From: Anaerolineales bacterium
GTDB lineage: Bacteria > Chloroflexota > Anaerolineae > Anaerolineales > UBA6663
Length of the DNA stretch: 64,000 bases
Direction of reading: 5' to 3'
Assembly: GCA_016789175.1 (NCBI GenBank)
Contig: JAEURK010000122.1
Coordinates: 718-64,717, forward strand
The notes beneath the pieces were generated by a model. The model made no database searches, had not been told where the DNA came from, and saw only the letters and a list, made by a program, of their open reading frames with translations. A program made the position numbers and the translations under genes. This document shows, one piece after another, positions 46,311 through 55,193 of the stretch (positions are counted from its first letter, which is position 1; the number at the start of each line of letters is the position of its first letter).

Positions 46311-46955
46311 ATGTTGCAGGGTGGCAGTTCCGGCGCCGGTCGAAAGCCCATGTGGCCCGACGATCGATTTCTGTACGACGTGGAGGCCGTGATTGCGCGC
46401 TTTGACGGACCCGAAGCGCAACGGCCTGACCGCGCCCACTCGCGCCGCCTGGTGCAGGATCTCGAGCTCCTGGGCGAACGCGAGCCGCGGCTGGCGGAGC
46501 GCTGTTATGCCCTGCAGGCCCGCATCTACCTCAAGCTGCAGGAATTCGAGCAGGCCCTGCTGAGCGTCGAGCGCGCCATCTCGCTCGCTCCGCTCGATCC
46601 GGGCCTGGTCGTCCTGCGCGGCGAGATCCATCAGGGCCAGGATGCCTATTCGGCGGCCCTGCGCGACTTCAGCGAGGCGCTCGAACGCAATCCGGACGCG
46701 GTGACCGCGCGCATGCACCGGGCTGAGATCCAGCAGGTCGGCGGCGACCCGACCGCCGCTCTGGCCGACATCACGGACGCGCTGCGTCAGGAGCCGCGCT
46801 CGGCCCGGTTGCTCTATCGCCGTGGCCTGATCCTGGCCGATCTACGGCGCGCGCACGAGGCCTGCGCCGATTTTCGCGCGGCGGCCCAACTGGCCTCCGA
46901 CCCCGTCTTGCGCGCCAAGGCCGAGAAACGCCTGCGCGAACTCGGCATCTCCTGA
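46311..46955 (+). CDS. tetratricopeptide repeat protein
   Basis: 214 aa. Recurrent A..YS.AL.DF..AL..NPD... style TPR units. Confidence 0.7.
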   Translation: MLQGGSSGAGRKPMWPDDRFLYDVEAVIARFDGPEAQRPDRAHSRRLVQDLELLGEREPRLAERCYALQARIYLKLQEFEQALLSVERAISLAPLDPGLVVLRGEIHQGQDAYSAALRDFSEALERNPDAVTARMHRAEIQQVGGDPTAALADITDALRQEPRSARLLYRRGLILADLRRAHEACADFRAAAQLASDPVLRAKAEKRLRELGIS

Positions 46956-46960
46956 AGGCG

Positions 46961-46987
46961 CCGGGCGTACCGCCTCGGGAGTTTTTT
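46961..46987 (+). terminator. weak intrinsic terminator after the TPR gene
   Basis: CCGGGCG-TAC-CGCCTCGG imperfect stem followed by GAGTTTTTT. Confidence 0.4.
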
Positions 46988-47588
46988 GGGCGGCTCAGCC
47001 CCCCAGACTCTTGTCCGTTCGTGTCTCCTGAAACACATCCTGACCGGGACATCTCAGCAGCCCAGGGCGCCTGAAGGGAGATCCTGCGCGCCCTCACCCT
47101 GCCCGGCCCACAAGGCGTCTGGGGCGCTACTGAGAAACAAAACGTGCTCGACTCTGCGGTCGATGGAGTGCCGGCCCTGAGTAGGCGTTGCCTGTCCGGC
47201 GCTCGCCACGACCCACAGGGCGGCGACAAGCGCCGCCCTTACGAGCGCGCCACCGGGTCTCAGCGAAACACAGACCTCCCGCAGTTTCTCGCCCGCCGTT
47301 TGGGCACCGCCCATCCACTCTCTGGATGACATGGGCCGCACGGAGTTCGCGGCTTGTGGAGGGTTTCACACCAGGCATCGACCGCTCGTCCTCCGTGTCG
47401 GTATGCGCGGCATCGCGCCTCGTCGTCTGTGCCATCCAGAGGGCCCGAGACACTCGGGTCATGACGCCGAGGGCACGGGCCCGAAGGATCTCCTGTCAGG
47501 CTCGCGTGCCACCGCGCGAGGGCCGAGCAGCCCGGGGCGCCCAGGTCGCAGAAGAGTGCCGTTGGACGTCTGATGATAAGATTCCCTT

Positions 47589-48620
47589 GTGCCCGAAAAC
47601 ATCTACAACCTGACCCGCGCTGAGCTGCGCGAGCGAATCGCGACCTGGGGCGAGCCGGGTTACCGGTCCGACCAGATCTGGAAAGCCCTGTATCAAGAGC
47701 TCGCGCCCGACGCCGGCGCGATGACCACCCTGCCCCGGCCGCTGCGCGAGCGCCTGGCCGAGAGCTTCGTGTTCGGCGGCCTGACGCCCGCCAACGAGGC
47801 GCGCTCGAGCGATGGCCAGACCCGCAAGATCCTGTTTCGCATGCCCGATGCGCGTGCGATCGAAGCAGTGCTGATGGGCTACGCCAGGCGACGCACGACC
47901 TGCATCTCGTCCCAGGCGGGCTGCGCCATGGGTTGTGTGTTCTGCGCGACCGGGCAAATGGGCTTTCAGCGTCATCTGGAGGCCGGCGAGATCGTGGCGC
48001 AGGTGCTGTGGTTTGCGCGTGAGCTGCGCGCCAAAGACGACCGGCTCACCAACATCGTCGTGATGGGCATGGGCGAGCCGCTCCACAACTACGAGGCGAC
48101 CCTGGCCGCCTGCGACACCCTCAACGATCCCGACGGCTTCAACTTCGGCGCCCGTCGGATCACGATCTCGACGGTCGGGCTCGCGCCCGCCATCCGGCGC
48201 TTTGCGGACGAGCGCCGGCAGGTGAACCTGGCGATCTCGTTGCACGGCGCCACCGATGAGCTCAGAGCCTCGCTGCTGCCGGTCAACAAGCGCTACCCGC
48301 TCGACGAGGTCTTCGCCGCCGCGCGCTACTACACCACGACCACCCACCGCCGAATCACGTTCGAATGGGCCCTGATCGCCGGCGTCAACGATACGCCCGA
48401 ACAGGCTGAGGCCCTGGCCAAACGCGCCGCCGGGCTGCTGTGCCACGTCAACGTTATCCCGCTCAACCCGACCACCGGCTACGAGGGTCAGGCATCGACC
48501 CGCGAACGCGTGGCGCGCTTCAGCGCCGCGCTCGAGGCCCACGGTCTGGCCTGCACGGTCCGCGTCCGCCGCGGCATCGACGTCGCCGCCGGCTGCGGGC
48601 AACTGGCGATCCAATCCTGA
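47589..48620 (+). CDS. rlmN: 23S rRNA/tRNA adenine-C2 methyltransferase RlmN (radical SAM)
   Basis: 343 aa. GTG start. YRSDQIWKALY, CAMGCVFCATG radical-SAM motif, C-terminal GCGQL. Confidence 0.9.
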   Translation: MPENIYNLTRAELRERIATWGEPGYRSDQIWKALYQELAPDAGAMTTLPRPLRERLAESFVFGGLTPANEARSSDGQTRKILFRMPDARAIEAVLMGYARRRTTCISSQAGCAMGCVFCATGQMGFQRHLEAGEIVAQVLWFARELRAKDDRLTNIVVMGMGEPLHNYEATLAACDTLNDPDGFNFGARRITISTVGLAPAIRRFADERRQVNLAISLHGATDELRASLLPVNKRYPLDEVFAAARYYTTTTHRRITFEWALIAGVNDTPEQAEALAKRAAGLLCHVNVIPLNPTTGYEGQASTRERVARFSAALEAHGLACTVRVRRGIDVAAGCGQLAIQS

Positions 48621-48634
48621 CCGAAGCACTGCTT

Positions 48635-48675
48635 AAAACGAGAGAGGCCGGGCGACGCCCGGCCTCTCTCGTTTT
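48635..48675. terminator. bidirectional intrinsic terminator between convergent rlmN and the LysM gene
   Basis: Perfect 20-nt arms AAAACGAGAGAGGCCGGGCG and CGCCCGGCCTCTCTCGTTTT, with A/T runs on both sides. Confidence 0.8.
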
Positions 48676-48689
48676 AGCGACAACCCGGC

Positions 48690-50072
48690 TCAGTTGAATG
48701 CCAGGGGCGCCTTGTCGTATTGGATCGGGATGAAGATCAGCTGCCCGGGGTAGATCTTGTCGGGGTTCGGCAGGCTGTTCCCGGTCAACAGGAAGTCAGC
48801 CGTCACGCCGTAGCGGGCCGCGATGAAGCGCAGCTCATCGCCGGCCTTGACGATGACCAGGTGCGGGCCGGCCGGGATCAGGATCTCGGTGCCGACGTTG
48901 AACGTCGTTCCGGGGTTGGCGGCCGCGATCGTGAGCGCCGACATCTCGAAGCGCTCACCCAGGAAGTTCAAGGTGTCGCCCGAGACCAGGGTGTAGTAGA
49001 ACGGCGTCGTGCGGCTGGGCGTGGTCGAACGCGCCACCGGCACGTTGATCTTCTGGCCGGGGTAGACCAGGCTACTCGAGTCGCCGAGCTGCGGGTTGAC
49101 CTTCAGCAACGCGCCGGCCGACACGCCATAGCGCTGCGAGATCGTCAACAGGCTCTCACCGGCCCGCAGCGTGATCTGCTGTGCGTTAGCCACAGGGGGC
49201 GGCACGGGCAGCGAGACCGACACCGACGGCGTGGCCGTCTTGGCCGCGACCGAAGTGGCGGCCGGGACCGCGGTGGCCGCGCCACGGGTCGCGGCCGGCG
49301 CCACCTGCGGGATCCGCAGGCGTTGGCCGATCTGGAGCAGGTTCGGGTCACGCTGAATAGACGGGTTGGCCGTGATGATCGCGGCCGCCGACACGCCGTA
49401 GCGATTGACGTACGTCAACAGCGTGTCGCCCGGCTGCACCACGACCTCGATGAAGCCGCCCGAGCTCGGGGCGGCGGTTGCCGCCACCGTGGTCGGTAAT
49501 GCCGTCGCCGCCGTGGTCGGCACGGACACCGGGATCAACAGCACCTGCCCAACCTGCAGCAGATTGGGATCCTTCTGCAAGGCCGGGTTGGCAGCGATGA
49601 TCGCCTGGGCCGAGACCTTGTACCGATTCACGAAGGTCACCAGGGTTTCGCCGTTTTGGACCTTCACGGCGATGTATCCGCCCGGCGCGACCAGGGTTGG
49701 CGTCGGCGATGTGCCGATGACAGGCACAGCCGTCGCCGCGGCCGGCGCCGCCGAAGTCGGGATCAACAGCACCTGCCCGACGTAGAGCAAGTTCGGATCA
49801 CTCTGTAGGGCCGGGTTCGCGGCGATGATCGCCTGGGCCGACACCTTATAGCGATTGACGAACGTCACCAGGGTTTCGCCCGACTTGACGACCACGGCGA
49901 TGAAGCCGGCCGGCGCCGCCAGGGTGGCGGTCGCGGCCAACGTCGGCGTGGCCGTGGCCTGTTGGGCCGCCGGGGCCGCCTGGACGGTCTGTCCGCCGGC
50001 GAAGATGAGCGCCGCCACCAGGGCGGCCGCGCCGAGCCAGCGCACAACGGATTGATGGATGGGTTGCAGCAT
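48690..50072 (-). CDS. secreted protein with six LysM peptidoglycan-binding repeats
   Basis: 460 aa. Signal-like N-terminus. Six units of V..G(E/D)TL.....RY.VS...I...NP.......L..GQ.L.IP. GGAGG SD upstream. Confidence 0.85.
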   Translation of the reverse strand: MLQPIHQSVVRWLGAAALVAALIFAGGQTVQAAPAAQQATATPTLAATATLAAPAGFIAVVVKSGETLVTFVNRYKVSAQAIIAANPALQSDPNLLYVGQVLLIPTSAAPAAATAVPVIGTSPTPTLVAPGGYIAVKVQNGETLVTFVNRYKVSAQAIIAANPALQKDPNLLQVGQVLLIPVSVPTTAATALPTTVAATAAPSSGGFIEVVVQPGDTLLTYVNRYGVSAAAIITANPSIQRDPNLLQIGQRLRIPQVAPAATRGAATAVPAATSVAAKTATPSVSVSLPVPPPVANAQQITLRAGESLLTISQRYGVSAGALLKVNPQLGDSSSLVYPGQKINVPVARSTTPSRTTPFYYTLVSGDTLNFLGERFEMSALTIAAANPGTTFNVGTEILIPAGPHLVIVKAGDELRFIAARYGVTADFLLTGNSLPNPDKIYPGQLIFIPIQYDKAPLAFN

Positions 50073-50284
50073 AAGACCTCCGGTTAGCGAAGACCCGCCG
50101 ATTGTAGGTCGATTTTCCAGGAGCGCAACGCAGCCCTAACCTTGGCGGCCCAGGGTTGGCAAAGCGCTTGGTCCAGGGCGCGTCTCATCGAGTTCTCATG
50201 GGCAATTCGGGATCCTGTCGCCCCGACCTGTTACAGTTCGCGCAGTGGCATGCGGGCGAGTCACCCCGCGCCACCTGAGACCCG

Positions 50285-50791
50285 ATGAAAAAGAGAACGC
50301 TCATGCAGAACCTGTTGATCACCGTCGCGATCGCTCTGATCGTCCTTGTGGGAGGCGGATTTGTCGCCTTGCGGATGTGGGCGGCCAGCGCACCCCGCCC
50401 CAACAACCTTGGCCTCGGAGCCGATGGCCAGCTGGCGCCCTGCCCCGGCACACCCAACTGCGTCACCACACAGCGTGGGCTCGAGAGCCAGCGCATGACG
50501 CCGCTGGTGTACACCACGTCACTCGACGATGCGCAGACGCACCTGCGTGAGATCATCGCGAGTCTGCCACGCACACAGGTGCTCACCGATACGCGGGGCT
50601 ACCTGCATGTCGAATTCCGCTCGCCGGCGATGGGCTATATCGATGACGTCGAATTTGCTTTCGATGACGGTGCCAAGCAGATCCACTTCCGCTCGGCTTC
50701 GCGCCTGGGGGTGGGCGATATGGGGGCTAACCGGACCCGGATGACCGAGCTTTCGTCCCTGTGGGCGGAAGGGGACGGTCCCTCAAGATAA
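50285..50791 (+). CDS. DUF1499-like membrane-anchored protein
   Basis: 168 aa. N-terminal TM, PCPGTPNCVTTQ, YIDDVEF...RSASRLGVGDMGANR. Confidence 0.65.
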   Translation: MKKRTLMQNLLITVAIALIVLVGGGFVALRMWAASAPRPNNLGLGADGQLAPCPGTPNCVTTQRGLESQRMTPLVYTTSLDDAQTHLREIIASLPRTQVLTDTRGYLHVEFRSPAMGYIDDVEFAFDDGAKQIHFRSASRLGVGDMGANRTRMTELSSLWAEGDGPSR

Positions 50792-50794
50792 GAA

Positions 50795-50824
50795 AAAGGA
50801 GGGGCGCGACTGCGCCCCTCCTTT
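50795..50824. terminator. bidirectional terminator hairpin between convergent genes
   Basis: AAAGGAGGGGCGC (50795-50807), GACT loop, GCGCCCCTCCTTT (50812-50824). Confidence 0.75.
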
Positions 50825-50839
50825 GTTCAACCCCGTCGC

Positions 50840-51367
50840 TTACTTGGGTTCCATCACGGGAACGGTCAGGTCGACGCTGGCGCCCGACTCGAAGGTGAGC
50901 TTGACCGTGACGGTCTCGCCGGCCTTGAGCACCTTCGTCAGTCCGATCAGCATGACGTGATAGCCGCCGGGCTTGAGCTCGACGCTCCCGTTGGCCGGGA
51001 CTTCGAGGCCGCCCTCCACCGGCTGCATCTGCATGACGCCGTTGTCCATCTTGGTCTCATGGATCTCGATCGCCGCGGCCACCTCCCCGCTCGCGGCCAC
51101 GAGCTTGTCGGCTGTCCCTGACGTGTTCTTCAGCACCATATAGATCGCGCTGTTGCCACCCTCCATCGCCGCCGCGCGGGCCCATGGATCGACGATCTCG
51201 ATCCCCCCGACCGTGGCCGCCACCTTGCCTTCATTGGGGCCGCCGCCCATTTCCATCCCGCCCATGTCACCGCCGGCATGCCCGCCCGACATGGCCGGCT
51301 GACAGGCCGAGATCGAAAGCGCCGCCGCAACCAGGGCGGCCGTCATCCAGTGCATAAACTTGTTCAT
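50840..51367 (-). CDS. periplasmic copper chaperone PCu(A)C (DUF461)
   Basis: 175 aa. Signal peptide with Cys (lipobox-like SISAC). IEIHETKM...MQMQP...GGYHVMLIGL Met/His Cu(I) motif. Confidence 0.8.
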   Translation of the reverse strand: MNKFMHWMTAALVAAALSISACQPAMSGGHAGGDMGGMEMGGGPNEGKVAATVGGIEIVDPWARAAAMEGGNSAIYMVLKNTSGTADKLVAASGEVAAAIEIHETKMDNGVMQMQPVEGGLEVPANGSVELKPGGYHVMLIGLTKVLKAGETVTVKLTFESGASVDLTVPVMEPK

Positions 51368-51438
51368 CGAAAGTCTCCCCCAGCTGCGCGGAACACAGGG
51401 CCCGCACAGCGAATGTCAGTGTGTAGAACCGGATCTCG

Positions 51439-52068
51439 TCACGGGTTCGGCGCCTGGCCGAACAGATAACGAAGATCCTGCACGATGGCATCGGCGTCGA
51501 TGCCGTATGGATACGTCACACGCCAGCGCCCCGCGGGGTCGAGCAGGTACGTGAACGCCGAATGGTTCATCAGGTACCCGGCGGCCGAGCCCGGCGTCTC
51601 CCGGCGCGTATAAGAGACATTGAAAGGTTGCGCCGCTGCCGCGATTTGCTCGGGTGTGCCGCTCAGGCCGATGAAGGCCTCGTCAAACCCCGTCACGTAC
51701 TGGGCGATGCGCTCAGGTGTGTCGCGTTCGGGGTCGATGCTGATGAAGACGACAAGGACCCGGTCGCGATCTGGGCCGAGCGAGTCGACCACCCGGCTCA
51801 GCATCGCTAGAGTCGCCGGACACACATCCGGACAGAACGTATATCCGTAAGCCACAAGCACGTAGCGTCCCTGCAGACTCGACAGCGGCACCGAGCGCGC
51901 CTGGCTCGTTTCGAGCGTAAAGTCGGCAATACGCGCGGCTTCAGGCTGAACGACCCCGGCGAACACGTGCGTGCTCGGTTGTAGGAAGGCCAGACCGGCG
52001 ATCACAGCCAGACCAACCAGGACGCCGCCCCCGATCAGGAGCGCCGGCGTCCGCCAGTGTGTATGCAT
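51439..52068 (-). CDS. SCO1/SenC-family copper chaperone (thioredoxin fold)
   Basis: 209 aa. N-terminal TM, FCPDVCP motif, ...NHSAFTYLLDPAG. Confidence 0.85.
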   Translation of the reverse strand: MHTHWRTPALLIGGGVLVGLAVIAGLAFLQPSTHVFAGVVQPEAARIADFTLETSQARSVPLSSLQGRYVLVAYGYTFCPDVCPATLAMLSRVVDSLGPDRDRVLVVFISIDPERDTPERIAQYVTGFDEAFIGLSGTPEQIAAAAQPFNVSYTRRETPGSAAGYLMNHSAFTYLLDPAGRWRVTYPYGIDADAIVQDLRYLFGQAPNP

Positions 52069-52132
52069 ACGACCCTTTTCGCTTGCGCAATACCCAGAGC
52101 GGGCTGCCCAACGGCGCCCGCGGCAGCGGATG

Positions 52133-52501
52133 TCAAACGATCAGGCGAGGCGGAGGCGGATCCAGCGCAGGCCGCCAGGAAGGCGCCTGCACAGGGGATA
52201 TACAGAGCAAGCGCCAGTGGATGGTTCGACGCGCCAGCGTTTCGAGCAATCCTGCAACCAACGCCGGAACCGGGGCCGGCTGGACGCCAAACCGCAGCGT
52301 ATCACCGTCGCTGGACGCGCGGCCGCCGGGCGGCGCCTGGCGCGACACGTCGTGTCCGCGATGCTCCGCGTGCGGTTCGGCCTGCGCGGCGTCGATCCGC
52401 CACAGCGTGTACAGCCAGCACGGGCACGGCCCCGGCTGCGCGATCAGCAACAGCCCGGCCAGCACAGTCGCGAGCAGGCGATGCCAGAGCTGCCGGTTCA
52501 T
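52133..52501 (-). CDS. hypothetical small exported/membrane protein with CPC and His-rich motifs
   Basis: 122 aa. ATGA overlap with the upstream gene stop. Hydrophobic N-terminus LLATVLAGLLLIA, then PCPCW and HAEHRGHD. It is the only minus-strand ORF filling the 430-nt gap. Coding status is uncertain. Confidence 0.35.
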   Translation of the reverse strand: MNRQLWHRLLATVLAGLLLIAQPGPCPCWLYTLWRIDAAQAEPHAEHRGHDVSRQAPPGGRASSDGDTLRFGVQPAPVPALVAGLLETLARRTIHWRLLCISPVQAPSWRPALDPPPPRLIV

Positions 52502-52983
52502 GGTGCAGCCCCGCCCTGTTCAAACACATGCCGGATGGTCAGAGTGTCGGCCCCAAACAGCCCGGCCGGCTCGACCTTGAAGGTCACGTAGTAATCGGCG
52601 CTGGAGTCGGCGCCGTAGGTGTTCAGGCCCCCGCACTCGGTCAGGTAGACGCGGATCTGATCGACAGCCGAACCGGGCGCAATCTCGACCCGGCCCTCGG
52701 CCTGCTGCGGACCCGCGCTGGTGTTGCGCACACGGTAGATGACGTTGACCACTTCCCCGGGCTGCACGTCCATCGTCGGCGGAATCATCTCCACCTGGAA
52801 CGGCAGGGTCGGGTCCAGCTGGGTCTCCAGACGAACCGTCACGGGGCCGGTGAACCGGCGGTAAAGGGTCAGTGCGCCGAACACCCCAACGGCCAGGCCC
52901 AGCACCGTCAGGAGTCCGTACGACACTCTTTTGTTGATCGTCATGCTCGCAATAAGTTTACCCGGCTTGCCGCTCCCGTGCAC
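52498..52983 (-). CDS. single-TM protein resembling Cox11/CtaG copper-insertion factors (tentative)
   Basis: 161 aa. TM YGLLTVLGLAVGVFGAL, then a beta-rich domain with the Cox11-like pattern V.PGE...V.Y.V.N......G...I.P......Y....EC. The CFCF copper motif is absent (TECGG). Start GTG 52983 or ATG 52944. Confidence 0.4.
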   Translation of the reverse strand: MHGSGKPGKLIASMTINKRVSYGLLTVLGLAVGVFGALTLYRRFTGPVTVRLETQLDPTLPFQVEMIPPTMDVQPGEVVNVIYRVRNTSAGPQQAEGRVEIAPGSAVDQIRVYLTECGGLNTYGADSSADYYVTFKVEPAGLFGADTLTIRHVFEQGGAAP

Positions 52984-53068
52984 TGACGGATATCATCCCT
53001 TCCCTCGCCCGCGTTTTTCCTGAGATCGCCTCAACGCCTTTGGGCTTGTGCCGGTACAATCCGCGTCG

Positions 53069-53860
53069 ATGCAGATTACGAGCACCCAGAACCCGCAGAT
53101 CAAGCACCTGGTCAAGCTCCGCGACCGGCGTACGCGCGACGCCGAGGGCCTGACCCTGATCGAGGGCGGCGACGAGGTCGCGCTGGCCCTGGAGGCCGGC
53201 GTCGCCCTCCAAAGCGCGTGGCTGTGCCCCGAGCTCCCGCGCTTTGCCCGGCAACCCGAGTTGCGGGCCAGAATCGAACGCGCCGGCATCGCGATCGCCG
53301 AGGTCAGCCCGGTAGTGTTTGCCAAACTTGCCTATCAGGAAAACCCGGATGGTTGGCTGGTCGTCGCGCCGGCCTTGCGCCCGACGCTCGAGTCGCTCCG
53401 CCTACCGGAGACGCCGCTCGTCCTGGTGTGCGAGGCGATCGAGAAGCCGGGCAACCTGGGCGCGATGCTGCGGACGGCCGACGCCGCCGGCGCGCACGCC
53501 TTGATCGTGTGCGACGCGATCACGGACGTCAACAACCCGAACGTGGTGCGTGCCAGCCGCGGCGCTGTGTTCAGCGTGCCGCTCGCGGTAGCGCCGACCG
53601 CGGTTGTGGTGGACTGGCTCAAGGCGCGCGGTCTGCGGATCGTGGCGGCCACGCCGGCTGCGACGCAGCGTTACACCGACGTCGACCTGCGCGGGCCGGT
53701 TGCGATCGCCGTCGGCGCCGAGGACACGGGCCTGAGCGACGACTTCCTGGCGCGCGCCGATCTCGCGGTGCGCATCCCGATGGTCGGTCGCGTCAACTCG
53801 CTCAACGTCTCGGCCTCGGCGGCGCTGCTGTTGTATGAGGCCGTGCGCCAGCGGGCGTGA
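53069..53860 (+). CDS. TrmH/SpoU-family RNA 2'-O-methyltransferase
   Basis: 263 aa. NPQIKHLVKLRDRR..., EKPGNLGAMLRTADAAG, ...IPMVGRVNSLNVSASAALLLYE. Confidence 0.85.
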   Translation: MQITSTQNPQIKHLVKLRDRRTRDAEGLTLIEGGDEVALALEAGVALQSAWLCPELPRFARQPELRARIERAGIAIAEVSPVVFAKLAYQENPDGWLVVAPALRPTLESLRLPETPLVLVCEAIEKPGNLGAMLRTADAAGAHALIVCDAITDVNNPNVVRASRGAVFSVPLAVAPTAVVVDWLKARGLRIVAATPAATQRYTDVDLRGPVAIAVGAEDTGLSDDFLARADLAVRIPMVGRVNSLNVSASAALLLYEAVRQRA

Positions 53861-54211
53861 GGGGCGACTCTTACCTTCGACCTGACAGGTCCACCCGTCA
53901 TTTTCGGGAAAACAAGGCAATTCAAAACGGCCATTCAAAGAAATCGAGCGCGAAATCTAACCATTGCAGGGCGACCGCACCTCGGATACACTCGCGCCCA
54001 TGCCTGAACAGACCGGCGTCCTCCCCCCTCCGGCCACGCGCTAAGCGTGCGCTGTCGTGTTGATGCCCCACCGCTCCCATCGGGTCCGCGGTGCGTGTGA
54101 ACGCGCCTCCACGCCGTCGTACCGTCGAGTCTTTTGCAACCAAAGCATCGCCTGGGCCACGGTCCAGGTGACCGTCCTGGGGCGACGCGTGGAGTCGCCA
54201 CTCGTACTGAC

Positions 54212-55123
54212 ATGAAACTTCAAACAACTTCGTGGGGCACCTTCATGGTGCTCGGCTGCGCGGTCTTGTGGGGCACCGTCGGTGTCGCCACGCGCGGTAT
54301 CTACAGTGTGTCGTCAACCGATCCGCTTTCGATCGGCTTCTACCGCCTGGCGTTTTCGGTGCCGGTGCTGGCCCTGCTCACGTTCCGCACACTCGGGTCG
54401 ACATCCTGGCAGCCGCGGGCCGGCGTCACGCCTCGGGCCGGGCGCGACCTCGCCCTCGTGGCAGGGCTGGGCGCAATGATGGCGATCTATCAGGCCTGCT
54501 ACTTCGCCGCCATCCCGCGTTTGGGCGTGACGATCGCCGTGATCGTCACGATTTGCTCTGCGCCGATCATGGTCGCCGTACTGAGCGCGATCCTGTTCAA
54601 GGAGAAACTGACGCCCCGCATCGTGATCGCGCTGATGGCCGCGATCGCGGGCACGACCCTGCTCGCGCTGCAGGAGCCGGTCGAGGCGCGGGCCGACGGA
54701 GAGACCTTGGCCGGTCTGCTGTTCGCGCTCGGCTCCGGGCTCGGGTATGCGATCCTGACGCTGTTCAGCCGCGCCCTGGCCGATCGCTATCATCCGCTCC
54801 AGCCGATCACGCTGGGTTTTGCGATCGGCGCGGCCTTGCTCCTGCCGATCGCCCTGGCGGGGGGGTTGACGCTCAACTACCCGGCCGAGGGTTGGGCGCT
54901 GCTGGTGTACCTCGGCCTGGTGCCGACCGCCCTGGCGTACTGGCTCTTCCTGCACGCCCTGCGAACGGTGCCGCCGACGATCGCGAGCATCCTGACGTTG
55001 CTCGAGCCGCTCACCTCGGCGATCCTGGCGGCCCTGATCTTTCACGAGAGCTTGAGGCCGCTGGGCTGGGCCGGCGCCGCCCTACTGCTCGGAGCGCTGC
55101 TCGTCCTGCTCATCCGCCGCTGA
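54212..55123 (+). CDS. EamA/DMT-superfamily transporter
   Basis: About 303 aa. Ten hydrophobic segments in two EamA-like halves (LWGTVGVATR..., LFSRAL...). Confidence 0.85.
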   Translation: MKLQTTSWGTFMVLGCAVLWGTVGVATRGIYSVSSTDPLSIGFYRLAFSVPVLALLTFRTLGSTSWQPRAGVTPRAGRDLALVAGLGAMMAIYQACYFAAIPRLGVTIAVIVTICSAPIMVAVLSAILFKEKLTPRIVIALMAAIAGTTLLALQEPVEARADGETLAGLLFALGSGLGYAILTLFSRALADRYHPLQPITLGFAIGAALLLPIALAGGLTLNYPAEGWALLVYLGLVPTALAYWLFLHALRTVPPTIASILTLLEPLTSAILAALIFHESLRPLGWAGAALLLGALLVLLIRR

Positions 55124-55193
55124 TTCCTGGCTCATGCAAACCGGCGTCGTGAAAGCTCCACGACGCCGGTTCGAGGTCAGTTGGTCTGCCGGC

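Noticed and set aside
46988-47588. RNase P RNA, tmRNA, SRP RNA, 6S RNA or cobalamin riboswitch in the large gap before rlmN.
   Set aside because: I checked both strands by eye for hallmark strings: GAGGAAAGUCCGGGC and ACAGAA for RNase P, a tRNA-like 3' end with tag ORF for tmRNA, GGAAGCAGCC-type for SRP helix 8, and the B12 box. None is present. The region is kept only as an unclassified candidate.
52057-52986. 309-aa and 173-aa plus-strand ORFs across the copper cluster.
   Set aside because: They are antisense to the Cox11-like and small CPC ORFs, are Arg/Ala/Pro-rich, and have no motifs or SD. They are GC-rich frame artefacts.
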